Counted from the stretch's first letter, positions 1 to 10,474 are shown. The stretch is DNA of 64,000 bases from a virus (IMGVR_UViG_2524614847_000004:32001-96000), one strand, 5' to 3'. Translations and numbers: made by a program. The notes: generated by a model not told the origin, from the letters alone.

Positions 1-1
1 T

Positions 2-346
2 AATGAAGCAAAAAGAACACTTCTTCAAATACCACTAGTAGTACTAAGTACTCAAGTAAACTTAAAAAATGAAACCGAATGGGCTGTTAAAAATAGTGAC
101 TATTTTTCTGGAAACTGCCCAAATAATTCTTATCAGTCAATTTTCGCAAGTAAAGATTTTAATTTAGATACTATGGTGACTTTTTTAAAGGACATAATGT
201 CAGATGACCAAAAGTTAAATAGCGACTTTTAATTACGTAATCCTGAAGTAACTCTACGAGACGACGTAAAAACAATGGATGCTTCGTGCTTCAATAAATG
301 TGGTAAAATTTATGCTAGAATTATGGAAAAGGCATTCGAGCTGTAA
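2..346 (+). CDS. 3' end of a hypothetical protein (5' part outside window)
   Basis: Open frame from base 2 to TAA at 344-346, followed by a terminator. Confidence 0.6.
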
Positions 347-352
347 TATCCT

Positions 353-394
353 TATCGAACGGTGGCGATACTCTACTACTGTTCGATATTTTTT
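353..394 (+). terminator. Intrinsic terminator
   Basis: TATCGAAC...GTTCGATA stem followed by a T tract. Confidence 0.6.
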
Positions 395-473
395 ATTTAA
401 TATAAAATAATGATTTTGTTTTAATTCTTTACTCCTGTAATTTTTGAAATTAAATCCATTGACTAACTCTTTG

Positions 474-1247
474 TCATATTTGTTTTCTCTTTAATAGTAT
501 TTTTACATGTGTATTGTCTCTTAAATCGATATCAAAATCTTTCTTAATCCTATCCTTTGTAAATGGTAGAATATAATGATTAAAATAAATTATTTCATAA
601 GTATCAGGAATCATATTTAAAAAACATTCTACAGTGATAGGAAGATAATTCTCTCTAAGTTCTCTTTCCCAGTTTTCTACATAACTATATTTAAGCAAAT
701 AATGAACCAAATTTCTTCTAGTAGAAATATTTCCCCAAACGGATATGAAGTCACTTAGCTGTTTACTATTTGTTCTCTTTTGTAGCTTTAATATATCATT
801 AATTTCTGCCTCGGCATTAATCGCATAGCTACTCATTAAATCTCTAATAGAAATATATTTAAATCCACCGTTAAATACATTTGACCAAAATTCTTCAATA
901 GTATTACTTGACGAATAAGAATACACTTCATGGATCACGCTACTTAAATTTAATAGAGATGTATTATTATTTGCTATATCAGTTATTTTCTCAAAAAATT
1001 CAGCGGCCTTACAATTTCTTTTAGCAAGTTCTATCATCATATAATCATTGTCTATTCCCTTTAACTTCCACTCTGGAAAATCATTATGTACTTGCGCTAA
1101 AATTTGTCCATCAGCACAGCCAAAGTCAACAAATGTATCTATTGAATCATCGATTAGTCCCTCGAAAAACAATTTATCTTTAATAGACTTTTTCATTCCA
1201 GAATTATATATTTTATAATCTTTAATCGACGTGTTAATTTTTCTCAC
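474..1247 (-). CDS. Class I SAM-dependent methyltransferase
   Basis: VDFGCADG motif I, then GID; LSSVIHE motif. Confidence 0.75.
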   Translation of the reverse strand: MRKINTSIKDYKIYNSGMKKSIKDKLFFEGLIDDSIDTFVDFGCADGQILAQVHNDFPEWKLKGIDNDYMMIELAKRNCKAAEFFEKITDIANNNTSLLNLSSVIHEVYSYSSSNTIEEFWSNVFNGGFKYISIRDLMSSYAINAEAEINDILKLQKRTNSKQLSDFISVWGNISTRRNLVHYLLKYSYVENWERELRENYLPITVECFLNMIPDTYEIIYFNHYILPFTKDRIKKDFDIDLRDNTHVKILLKRKQI

Positions 1248-1282
1248 TCCTTTCTCATAAACAAAGATTTTATGTAAAAATA

Positions 1283-1597
1283 CTAATTTTCTTCTTCAAA
1301 CGGATCAGGACAAAACACCTTATCCCGCCATGTCAGTTTCTTATAGTTTGCCTCACAGGTTGGGCACTTGTGACCCACAATCACAGCGTCTGCCGCACCG
1401 GGATAATAACCACCCAGGCTATCTCCTACCTGCTCTCCGCACCTTGCACAATTAAAGTATCCAAAGCAGAACTTCTGGATTTTACTGTGACCAATAAGGC
1501 TACAAGTAATCTCCTTTTTCTGCTCATCATCAGTAACTCCTAACATATCTAATTTTTCATGAAGTTCCTTTTCATCTTGAATTTCTAATCTTGCCAT
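1283..1597 (-). CDS. Cys-rich hypothetical phage protein
   Basis: ORF with RBS; two CxxC pairs. Confidence 0.6.
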   Translation of the reverse strand: MARLEIQDEKELHEKLDMLGVTDDEQKKEITCSLIGHSKIQKFCFGYFNCARCGEQVGDSLGGYYPGAADAVIVGHKCPTCEANYKKLTWRDKVFCPDPFEEEN

Positions 1598-1646
1598 CTT
1601 TCTTCCTCCTATTTCTCCATTGAAAGGTTCATTTTATCAGCGGTTA

Positions 1647-2840
1647 CTAACCAGCTCTCCTTATCCTTCTTAATTCGTCTTCTAGCTTTGCTATTTGCCT
1701 ATTAAGATTTCTTTCTTCCAATCCATTTCGACATCTTCTTACATGGCTTCTCAAATCTACTATTTCACGCCTGATACGTTCCTCTGGTGTTACTTCTCTC
1801 ACTCGCTCCACACTTGTCGTAGTTAGATTTGAGCTAATAATACCAGCTTGAGTTGAAAGATTTCTCCATGCTTCCATAAAACTATCCGAAAAATCAGTTC
1901 CCAAAACTCTTGTGTTGCTACTAAATTCAACTCCCATTCCGTTAAAATTAGTTTCTAAAGACTGAAATTTCATTCGAAGAAGACGCTTAGATTCTTCATC
2001 TTTTTTCTTTATCTCTTCTCTTTCAAAAATGTATCCGTTCAACTCATTAGAAAATTGAGTTTTAATCTTATCCCATGTTACATACTGAATTTCATAAATG
2101 TCCGTTTCTTTTGCAATTTTTACCATTGCACAAACGAATTCCAACGTACTAATGTATGTATTGTAATTCAGAGTCCCCTTGAAAATTCGAATCTCTACGG
2201 TGTCTTTATGTTTTAAATTAATTGCACCATATTTATCTGATGCCTGGGACTTAGCGTATAAATCAATAGGAGTGTCATCTTCTTCAAGTAAAAATCTCCT
2301 GGCAAATCTGTTACTGGATCTTCTGGCGATTAACTCTACTTTATCCCAGTACTTTTCGAACAAATACAGTAATTTACTAATACACAGATCTCTCGTAAGC
2401 TTGTCTTCCCCAAAAAAGCTCCTGTTAATATGAACATGCAGCCCGCAAGTTGAAGTATCATGTGAACGATATTTATTTTTTACCAACCATTCAAACATTT
2501 CTTCATAATCTAACTGTTTGTGATAATCGAGCGTACATGGGTGGGTCACTATTTCAAATCCATCATTTAGACTGCCATCGTGTTTGCAATAAATATTCTC
2601 ACTTTCTCTATTCATGACATTGCAAATATGTCTCGCCTTATCCTCATCTTCTCCGCCACTATCAATTTCTAATTCAACGCCAAGATATAGTCTATCTTCA
2701 TCTGCAACTTCATGAAACATGTACTCTTTTGGTATATAATTCCATGATTTTATGTATTTTTTAATGCCAGCTAATTTTTGATCTTGATAAAAACATCTAT
2801 TATATAATCTGTTAAAATCCCATTCGCCCTCGATCGGCAT
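1647..2840 (-). CDS. Putative amidoligase (COOH-NH2 ligase type)
   Basis: GVELE, HDGSL, GFEIVTHP, CGLHVH and VEIRIF motifs. Confidence 0.8.
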   Translation of the reverse strand: MPIEGEWDFNRLYNRCFYQDQKLAGIKKYIKSWNYIPKEYMFHEVADEDRLYLGVELEIDSGGEDEDKARHICNVMNRESENIYCKHDGSLNDGFEIVTHPCTLDYHKQLDYEEMFEWLVKNKYRSHDTSTCGLHVHINRSFFGEDKLTRDLCISKLLYLFEKYWDKVELIARRSSNRFARRFLLEEDDTPIDLYAKSQASDKYGAINLKHKDTVEIRIFKGTLNYNTYISTLEFVCAMVKIAKETDIYEIQYVTWDKIKTQFSNELNGYIFEREEIKKKDEESKRLLRMKFQSLETNFNGMGVEFSSNTRVLGTDFSDSFMEAWRNLSTQAGIISSNLTTTSVERVREVTPEERIRREIVDLRSHVRRCRNGLEERNLNRQIAKLEDELRRIRRAG

Positions 2841-2885
2841 CTAATCACCTACTTTCTAAACAAAACACGAGTTTTCTCGTAACTA

Positions 2886-3242
2886 CTAACTCCGGTTCCC
2901 AACATGATTATACATTCCAAGTTCTTCAAGCGCATTTGCAATCTCATTTTTAAAGTCGCTTGGTTCTTGTTCATAATCATCTAACATCTCATCAATCTCG
3001 AATTTATTACGTAGACATATGTACAAATACTCAGCTAATCCGATGACTGAAAAACCATCTACCTCAATATCTGAAAATCTTTGCATATTACCATTTAAGT
3101 AATGGCAAAATCCGTCTGCTCCAACAAAAACTTTTGTGTCCTTTTTAATTATTTCCTTATAACCAAAACACTTTTTAACCTCATCATCTTCCTTATATTG
3201 AAGCATTTGTCCGATACCATAAACCACTTTCTTATCACTCAT
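2886..3242 (-). CDS. Hypothetical phage protein
   Basis: ORF with RBS in the minus-strand array. Confidence 0.6.
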   Translation of the reverse strand: MSDKKVVYGIGQMLQYKEDDEVKKCFGYKEIIKKDTKVFVGADGFCHYLNGNMQRFSDIEVDGFSVIGLAEYLYICLRNKFEIDEMLDDYEQEPSDFKNEIANALEELGMYNHVGNRS

Positions 3243-3262
3243 ATTTTTCTCCTCTCATTTTT

Positions 3263-3610
3263 CTAAGCAAATACGCACTTAATAAAATCATTAGCGGCTT
3301 CCGATATTGATTTGGTATTTCTAATCACATTTTTTATGTATAGTTGGTATGTATATTTATCATTGGAAAATTTAATATCAACTGCATCAAAGACTTTTGA
3401 TATGCTTAAATTCTTAATATTACTCATATCCAAGTATTCTAAAGGCTTCTTATCAATGCTATCTTCTAAAATAACTTGTCCATCAAAGAGTTCGGCCTTA
3501 TATCTGCCAAACTTATACATCTTTCGTGTTGCATCATTAGCTTTCGATAACAACATATCATTGCCCCCATTATCAATAACCAATTTTATAATTTTTGCTG
3601 CATTATTCAT
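3263..3610 (-). CDS. Hypothetical phage protein
   Basis: ORF in the minus-strand array. Confidence 0.55.
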   Translation of the reverse strand: MNNAAKIIKLVIDNGGNDMLLSKANDATRKMYKFGRYKAELFDGQVILEDSIDKKPLEYLDMSNIKNLSISKVFDAVDIKFSNDKYTYQLYIKNVIRNTKSISEAANDFIKCVFA

Positions 3611-3689
3611 TCTATATCTCCTTTAGGTTTGTATTTTCTCATTATTGTCTTATAATTTAAACGCCATCCACGGCGTCTAAATTATTACA

Positions 3690-4631
3690 CTATTTTAATG
3701 TTTTTAATAATGGAGCATAAACCTTATAATTAAATACAAAATTCTTTACAGGTGATTTTATGCCCCATTGCTTAAATAGACCAACAATTATATCTACATC
3801 ATATCTACTAGTTCTTCCTTCTGGATCATATTCCAAAATTTCAATTAAGCGCTCTTTGCCAATTTCGTTTATTAATCTATTTATAACTCCTGAATCGTTA
3901 ATGAAATTGTATTCAAGTTCTATTGAGATAATTTTATTTGATATCTGTTTAGATCGTTTTACAGCATCATCAGCTACAATATCACTGCCACGTTTTAAAA
4001 TATCTCTTATAAGAGAAGAATTTTCATCATAAAACTCTAAATTTCCATTCCTGCTAGAGTAAAATGAATCCATCGCATACATCCCTTTTATGGCATTTAT
4101 TAAATCATCTGAAATTGGCAGATATACGCCACCACTATACATTGTTTTACCCACAAAATCCACATCTTCATATTTTATAGATGCTAGGGTTTTTAAATCC
4201 TGTACTCCCTCGTATAAGGCTAAACATATAGAGAGATAGTATGGATAATTATAGCCAGCTTCTCTACAAGCACTGTCAATATACTCTTTAGTATACAGCT
4301 TTATATTGCCATGAGCTGCAATTTTATCAATCAAGTATTCCTGGGTAAACAGGATCGAGTTATAGAATGGACTATATTTAATGAGTCCCTTCTCGATACA
4401 ATAATTGTAAAATGATCCAAACTCACTTACTACCTTTGAAACGTGAAGTAATCTATAATATTGCTTTATAATAATAAAGTAGTCAAATAAGTTCTGATCA
4501 GTAAAGTGTATAAGATCAATACCACACTCTCCCTCATAATCTAATATACCTGTTCCGCAAATAAATTTCGCCACCTCACCTTGCCTTTTTGTTTCATTAG
4601 CAAACTGATCTAATATTTCTCTAGAATCCAT
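3690..4631 (-). CDS. Catalytically degenerate tyrosine-recombinase-fold protein (MrpR/YopR-like repressor candidate)
   Basis: SAM-like N-terminus (FYNYCIEKGLI...PF); box I-like LALYEGV...IKYEDVDF without the catalytic Arg; no HxxR, H or Y. Likely start MDSRE at 4631. Confidence 0.6.
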   Translation of the reverse strand: MDSREILDQFANETKRQGEVAKFICGTGILDYEGECGIDLIHFTDQNLFDYFIIIKQYYRLLHVSKVVSEFGSFYNYCIEKGLIKYSPFYNSILFTQEYLIDKIAAHGNIKLYTKEYIDSACREAGYNYPYYLSICLALYEGVQDLKTLASIKYEDVDFVGKTMYSGGVYLPISDDLINAIKGMYAMDSFYSSRNGNLEFYDENSSLIRDILKRGSDIVADDAVKRSKQISNKIISIELEYNFINDSGVINRLINEIGKERLIEILEYDPEGRTSRYDVDIIVGLFKQWGIKSPVKNFVFNYKVYAPLLKTLK

Positions 4632-5124
4632 TTGTGGCACCCACCCTTTCGTTCCGAAGTTTGGAAATCTTATCATAAATTCCCTTTTGGATATCCATAG
4701 TATAAGCTATTCTCTCCAGAACATCAAGGTCGTCAATATATCCAATTTTATCATATACGTAACATGATGGTATCTGAGTTTCACATTCTGCTAACAGAAT
4801 AGAATCATATGGCAGCCCAAACTGTCCAGACTGAAAATAGGTATGTGTAGGTAAGTACTTCTTTTCTTTTGATGTAAATGGAATAACGTGTACATTTCCA
4901 TTCACAGCTTTGTTGTTCATATTATTAGATACAATAAGCACTGGCCGCTTGCCCCTCTGCATATGACAATCAACTCCCACTTCAGGTAAGTATGCCCATC
5001 TAATTTCGCAACATTTGATTACATCTTTAATGTTTCTTGCCGCCGGTTTATTGTCATTTTTCCCATTGTAAACAAAAAATGTAGATGTATTAATCTTCTT
5101 GCAACATGTAGTTAAATCTTCCAT
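4621..5124 (-). CDS. MazF/PemK-family endoribonuclease-like protein
   Basis: QRGKRPVLIVSNN, VIPFTS, LPTH and DSILLAE motifs. Confidence 0.85.
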   Translation of the reverse strand: MEDLTTCCKKINTSTFFVYNGKNDNKPAARNIKDVIKCCEIRWAYLPEVGVDCHMQRGKRPVLIVSNNMNNKAVNGNVHVIPFTSKEKKYLPTHTYFQSGQFGLPYDSILLAECETQIPSCYVYDKIGYIDDLDVLERIAYTMDIQKGIYDKISKLRNERVGATNGF

Positions 5125-5180
5125 TCATATCAACCTCCCGTTATCTTTTACTTAGGTTTGTATTTTCTTTTCATGTTTAG

Positions 5181-5209
5181 ACTATAACACATCACACACT
5201 ACATGTCAA
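5181..5209 (-). promoter_or_regulatory. SigmaA-type promoter for the mazF-like/repressor operon
   Basis: TTGACA-17 bp-TATAGT with TG extension. Confidence 0.7.
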
Positions 5210-5235
5210 TAGGTTTATAAATTCTTTTTTAATAT

Positions 5236-6210
5236 TTACACAAAATTTTCTGATATCATGTCATTTAAACAATTGAGATTGTCCACATCGATCTCTCCAG
5301 CATTTCCAGCATCATTCTTCCCAGTAAAGTAAGCCATTCTGATAATTTCAAATAACTTCTCTTTACTTATAGATACAATATCTTTTCTTGATGCTTGATA
5401 GGTGTTGTCCATAATTTGCGTGTAAGTATCTCCCACAGTATCGACCATATCTTGACACTGTTCGTCATCGATTCCAATATACCGTTTGGTAATATCCTGT
5501 GAAGAATGACCAAGATAGTGCATTAGATCAACTAGAGCTGCACTCTGATTTTTTGCGTTTATATAATACCAATATCCAAATGTCTTTCGAAGTGTATGCG
5601 TTCCAATATTAATTTTGATTTCAGCCACCTTTGCTGCTTCTTTAATCATATAATAAGCATTTTTTTCGGGCATGAATTTCTCATCTGCCCTATTATCAGA
5701 TCTGCATGTTCTGAAGATAAAATTGCTTACATCGATAGTTTCGTTAGTAAGGTTCAAATATTTATCTATGGCGTGTTTTACATTATTATTAATTTTTGTA
5801 GTACGATACCTGCGAAACCTCTCAGTTTTCTTATCTAGCTTTCTTATACCGATTTCTTTATATCCACCAATCTCGTCAATCAGGTCTCCCCATGTAAGCC
5901 TCACTATATCAGAAATCCGGTATGCCGTATTTAAACCTATAATAATAAGAAGATAGTTCCTAGCTGCTGTCAATACCCGATATTCCGTATCAGCCTTTGA
6001 AATACATTGTTCAAAATATCTTATAAATCGAACTAAGTCATCAGGGTTTTTAATTGGATGCACCAATGTGGATTTCCCCCGATTTTTCCCTACTTTCTTT
6101 TCGCTCTTTTCAATTGCCTTACCTGTTTCGATACTATAAACTTGACAATTCTTTGCATCTTGATAATTATCTGGCTCATTAGCTAATATTCCCATAGTTG
6201 CTCCTTTCAT
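5236..6210 (-). CDS. Tyrosine recombinase/integrase
   Basis: TAYRISD, HTLRKTFG and LGHSS...RY: R-HxxR-H-Y intact. Confidence 0.9.
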   Translation of the reverse strand: MKGATMGILANEPDNYQDAKNCQVYSIETGKAIEKSEKKVGKNRGKSTLVHPIKNPDDLVRFIRYFEQCISKADTEYRVLTAARNYLLIIIGLNTAYRISDIVRLTWGDLIDEIGGYKEIGIRKLDKKTERFRRYRTTKINNNVKHAIDKYLNLTNETIDVSNFIFRTCRSDNRADEKFMPEKNAYYMIKEAAKVAEIKINIGTHTLRKTFGYWYYINAKNQSAALVDLMHYLGHSSQDITKRYIGIDDEQCQDMVDTVGDTYTQIMDNTYQASRKDIVSISKEKLFEIIRMAYFTGKNDAGNAGEIDVDNLNCLNDMISENFV

Positions 6211-6333
6211 GTTAGATCACATTTATAAGTACTATAAAAAGCACTGGAAATAATTCTCCAATGCCCTATTTACTACCTACAAGCTCAATTCATGCAACAA
6301 CCAAAATTAACATTCTCTAGTTGCTTTAATTTC

Positions 6334-6501
6334 CTAAATCTTATTTCCGTGTGATACAAGTTTGTAATTCCACATTTCAGCACCATTCCAACTTCTCAAC
6401 AAATTTCCACATTCACAATACTCACTATCTTTATCTCTGGTAATGAGTTTTATTCTTCGTACTTCGTATTCGGCCCCACATTTTCCACAAGTTTCTTTCA
6501 T
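6334..6501 (-). CDS. Small Zn-ribbon-like protein (not in ORF track)
   Basis: MKETCGKCG...CECG, 55 aa, GGAGG RBS. Confidence 0.5.
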   Translation of the reverse strand: MKETCGKCGAEYEVRRIKLITRDKDSEYCECGNLLRSWNGAEMWNYKLVSHGNKI

Positions 6502-6607
6502 AACTTTATCCTCCTACAAAGTTTGTTTACTTTATATCCCCTCTATCATTTTATACCCAAATCTTAATACTTCATAATGTCTAATCCTTCATCAATCTTA
6601 GATTTTA

Positions 6608-6988
6608 TCAACTATCTTCTTCAAAATACACAACTTCATTTTCTTTTAACGGACACCAATCTTTAATAGACTCATATACATATCTTACCATTCTGCCATC
6701 ATCGTCGAAATCATCATAATTTTCATTTTCTATCAGATTCTTTAACCAATCAACAATATCCAAAAGCACTTTTTCTGAAACTATATTATATTCTTCTCTT
6801 ATCCAATGAATATCATCTCTTTGCTGATAAAATCTGTCTAAAACAGGTTTGTAACTATTAACCTCATCTATTGTTGCCTTTTGGATGTCATCATATAATA
6901 AGTAGCCACCTATATGATGAATTTTGGTTTTATCAGCTTTAATTAAGTACATATCATATCCCACAAATTCACCCCCATTGAATCTCAA
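6608..6988 (-). CDS. Hypothetical phage protein
   Basis: ORF track. Confidence 0.55.
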   Translation of the reverse strand: MRFNGGEFVGYDMYLIKADKTKIHHIGGYLLYDDIQKATIDEVNSYKPVLDRFYQQRDDIHWIREEYNIVSEKVLLDIVDWLKNLIENENYDDFDDDGRMVRYVYESIKDWCPLKENEVVYFEEDS

Positions 6989-7392
6989 ATTTCATTAACT
7001 TTATCATTAATTATTTTTTCAACAAGGCTTTCTGCGTTACTAGATAAATACCTTAATCTTTGTCCCTTAGGCATACCTGTTTCTTGCCATTTTATTTTAT
7101 CTATAACTTTAACTTCTTTAAATTGACTATTATCATACGCTTTAATATATTCTTCTGATTTATGATTCCAATATTTATCATCAGGTGCTGTATTATTACG
7201 TGAAAAGCTACATAGCCCACCCGTCCTTAAAATATAAGCATTGTCTCCATATCTAATTACAAAACAGTCGCCTTTTGATAATTCACCAATATTTAACGTA
7301 GAAACAGATAAAAATATCTCTGCCTTGTCATTAACCGCATCTTCGAATTTATACACAGATTGTTTTAAAACTCTTGCTTCTATCATACTCAT
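6985..7392 (-). CDS. Hypothetical phage protein
   Basis: ORF with RBS. Confidence 0.6.
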   Translation of the reverse strand: MSMIEARVLKQSVYKFEDAVNDKAEIFLSVSTLNIGELSKGDCFVIRYGDNAYILRTGGLCSFSRNNTAPDDKYWNHKSEEYIKAYDNSQFKEVKVIDKIKWQETGMPKGQRLRYLSSNAESLVEKIINDKVNEI

Positions 7393-7413
7393 GTCTCCTT
7401 TTTTATAAAACTA

Positions 7414-7599
7414 TTATTTCATATCAATTATTTTATCACTTAATTCTTTTAAGCAATTTTCACACATTCCACATACATCAATTCCTTTAGTGCCACCTTG
7501 TACTTGTGTACATATTTCAATGTTATATAATTGTTCTGGCAAATGCTTCCCACAGGATAAACAATATGCCTTTTCTATACTTTTAACAATCTTAATCAT
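7414..7599 (-). CDS. Small Zn-binding hypothetical protein
   Basis: Two CxxC pairs; RBS. Confidence 0.55.
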   Translation of the reverse strand: MIKIVKSIEKAYCLSCGKHLPEQLYNIEICTQVQGGTKGIDVCGMCENCLKELSDKIIDMK

Positions 7600-7647
7600 A
7601 TTTTACTATTCCTTTCTAAGACTTTAAAATAATCATTTTAAGTTATT

Positions 7648-7941
7648 TTAATAACCACACTTTTTCATTTTTTCTATATTAAATTTGTATAAGGTAACTT
7701 CACCATGATATTTTTCAATCGAATACCTTTTTAAGTCTTCATCTGTATACAAGAATTTAAATTTTCTTAATTCGTTGTATAACTTCTTACTCATTTTTAA
7801 TGGATATGCATTCCACCCGTAACCCGTTTTCTTAGTTATTACTTGAATAATTGCTCCATTATCCATAACAATATCATTCTCATTTATATTAAAAGTATTT
7901 CTTCCTATCTTTAACTGTAAAGTATCAGATATTTCCATCAC
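7648..7941 (-). CDS. Hypothetical phage protein
   Basis: ORF track. Confidence 0.55.
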   Translation of the reverse strand: MMEISDTLQLKIGRNTFNINENDIVMDNGAIIQVITKKTGYGWNAYPLKMSKKLYNELRKFKFLYTDEDLKRYSIEKYHGEVTLYKFNIEKMKKCGY

Positions 7942-8092
7942 AACACCCCTTCTTTCTTCAATATCCGCTTCACTGTTTTATTATCTAGGCAGAACGCAGC
8001 TGCTACTCTCTTAATGTCATTGAATCGCTCGTATTCCTTTATAATATCTTCATCGGTAAATGCATAATTCGCCGGCTCATTCATGTACTTTT

Positions 8093-8644
8093 TCATGATT
8101 TCTCCAATAATATCAGTTTTTTTACTTTTTCAATTTCGTCGTTTGTATGAGGAGTACCACCTGCATTCATGTCAACATACCACTGAAGAACCTCTTTTTT
8201 GCTCTTCAAATCATTTATATTAACTTTCATAGTCTGATTCAATAATCTGATCCTATCTTCATATTCTTTAAAGTAAGATCCAAACACCTTTATTTCATTA
8301 TGAATGAATCGGGATGCTGCTGTTATCCTTTGTAATCCATCAACGCAAACATAGTCGCTATATTCTCCTGATTTTGTTCCAAATCTTCGTGACGGATTAT
8401 TTAAGTATATTACATTCCCAGACTTGCCTCCACGTAGATGATATTCTAACCACGCAATTTGCTGTTCCTCAGTCCATACATGACCTCTCTGGAAATCCGG
8501 ATTAAGTTGAAGACCCATCTCTTCTATTTCATCTTCTATATAATTAACCAAGCTTGCTAATGTATAATCCACTTGATAACTTCCATCAGAAGTAAATTGT
8601 GGAATATCTTTAAACCTCGTTATTTTCAAATCATTATCCTCCAA
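8093..8644 (-). CDS. Stand-alone DUF262 (ParB/Srx-like) domain protein
   Basis: PDFQRGHVW and VDGLQR motifs; MNAGG. Confidence 0.8.
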   Translation of the reverse strand: MEDNDLKITRFKDIPQFTSDGSYQVDYTLASLVNYIEDEIEEMGLQLNPDFQRGHVWTEEQQIAWLEYHLRGGKSGNVIYLNNPSRRFGTKSGEYSDYVCVDGLQRITAASRFIHNEIKVFGSYFKEYEDRIRLLNQTMKVNINDLKSKKEVLQWYVDMNAGGTPHTNDEIEKVKKLILLEKS

Positions 8645-8663
8645 TCACAATAAAACAATCCTT

Positions 8664-8924
8664 TTATCGTGTAAACTTACAATATATTTTATTAGACAGC
8701 TTAAGTCCTCCCGGAGCAAATTGTGGCACCTCATATAACTTGTATGAGTATCCACGTTTTTTAAACTCCATTATTGTTTCAACTGATCCGGTGCAGGTTG
8801 TATCAGTATACAGCACATTTAGCTTATGAGCATCGGCATATTCCAGACACTCATCATAAAAGGAATGATCTAATAATAAAGTGTTACTATCTCCTTCTTC
8901 AAATACTGGTATATATCCCATCAT
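8664..8924 (-). CDS. Hypothetical phage protein
   Basis: ORF with RBS. Confidence 0.55.
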   Translation of the reverse strand: MMGYIPVFEEGDSNTLLLDHSFYDECLEYADAHKLNVLYTDTTCTGSVETIMEFKKRGYSYKLYEVPQFAPGGLKLSNKIYCKFTR

Positions 8925-8963
8925 TATTCCTCGCCTCCTATCAACTTCTTAATTTATCAACCG

Positions 8964-9218
8964 CTAATCAATTCCTGGCCTACCATTTTCCTTTTCGTGC
9001 TTGTTATAAGCTGCCTTTTCTGATGAAGTCATCGGTAGATTCCCATATGAACTTGTCATATTCTTCTTTTCTAATGATTTCATATACTCCCCACCGCCTG
9101 GGTAATTCTTATACTTCCAATCAAGATATGCTTGAGTGCCGTATCTTGGTGGCTTATTCTTCCTTTTTATATAAACGACAACTCCAACAATAAATAATAA
9201 TCCCAATAATGACCCCAT
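8964..9218 (-). CDS. Small single-pass membrane protein
   Basis: N-terminal hydrophobic helix; RBS. Confidence 0.55.
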   Translation of the reverse strand: MGSLLGLLFIVGVVVYIKRKNKPPRYGTQAYLDWKYKNYPGGGEYMKSLEKKNMTSSYGNLPMTSSEKAAYNKHEKENGRPGID

Positions 9219-9391
9219 AATTAAGCTACCTCCTTAGTCAATGTATATCCTGCATTTTCAAGTGCTTCTTTCATATTATCATACCATACGTGCAGATCGT
9301 TTTCATTATAAATTATCTTATCTCCGGGATTTAATACCGGCTGTCTATCTTTACTCATATTATCTTTCTCCATTCTCATCAAACATGTCTT

Positions 9392-10474
9392 CTATCTCAG
9401 TTTAACAGCGTTCCTATTTTCTCTTTTTTTCTCGTCTTCTAGTGCCACATAGTGCCGTTTGGCAGTGTTCACATCTGCATGGCCCAATGTACCAGCAACT
9501 AGGTAAATGTCCCCTGTGGCTTTATATAAAGCCGTCCCATAGCTCCTTCTAAGTGTATGGGGAGTAACCTTCTTCTGGATCCCAGCCAGTCTTGCATACT
9601 TAGGAATTAAATCTTCTACACTTCTGGTTGATATTCGTTTGTTCTGTAGAGATAAAAATAGAGCATTCTCATGCCCTTTGATTGCTTCCACCTGTTTTCT
9701 TTCTTCTAAATAAAGTTCCAACGCCGATCTGGTATCATCACTAAAATATACAGTTTCTTCTTTTCCTCCTTTTCGGTATATTCTGATTCCACTGTTTTTG
9801 AAATCTACGTTGTTAATGTCCAATCCAATACATTCGGAAACACGGATTCCTGTGGTAAGTAGCAACATGATTATTGCCAAATCTCGCTTCCGTGTTATTT
9901 CAAAGAATGAACGTTCTCTTCCTTCTAAACCTCCACCAGTTTCTACCACCTGGATAAATGCTTTCATTTCGTCACTGTCAAGACGTACTATTTCTTTGTC
10001 ATGCAATTTGGGAAGCTGCACAAGCGACGCTACGTTATTCTTTATCCTCTCATTCTGATAAAGATATTTGTAGAATGCTCTTAATGCCGATATTTTGCTC
10101 TTTAGGCTATATTCCCCGTTTGTATTTTCATTCCCTGAATCATCACTCCAACATTTTAGCCATTCCATATATTTTTCAAAATCAATGACTTTCAGGTTTT
10201 CCAACACATCAAGAGTAATTGACTCCATATTTGTAGCTTTACTGCTTCTAATTAAATAATCAAAGAAGAGCCTTAAATAACCGGCATAAGCAATCCTTGT
10301 CTTGGAAGAAGTTCTCGGTTCAATCCCACGAAAAAAGTCTTCGCAATAGGATGGCATTGTGGATATAATGCTCCTAAGTTTCTTTATATTCTGGATATCA
10401 TTCTGTTCATGATATGTCATGATACTACCCCCGTTTTTATTCCGACTAATATCAGTTTGCGTGCTCTTTCTCAT
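9392..10474 (-). CDS. XerC/XerD-like tyrosine recombinase
   Basis: TGIRVSE, RKGGK, PHTLRRSYG and LGHAD...HY motifs; likely start MTYHEQ. Confidence 0.92.
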   Translation of the reverse strand: MRKSTQTDISRNKNGGSIMTYHEQNDIQNIKKLRSIISTMPSYCEDFFRGIEPRTSSKTRIAYAGYLRLFFDYLIRSSKATNMESITLDVLENLKVIDFEKYMEWLKCWSDDSGNENTNGEYSLKSKISALRAFYKYLYQNERIKNNVASLVQLPKLHDKEIVRLDSDEMKAFIQVVETGGGLEGRERSFFEITRKRDLAIIMLLLTTGIRVSECIGLDINNVDFKNSGIRIYRKGGKEETVYFSDDTRSALELYLEERKQVEAIKGHENALFLSLQNKRISTRSVEDLIPKYARLAGIQKKVTPHTLRRSYGTALYKATGDIYLVAGTLGHADVNTAKRHYVALEDEKKRENRNAVKLR

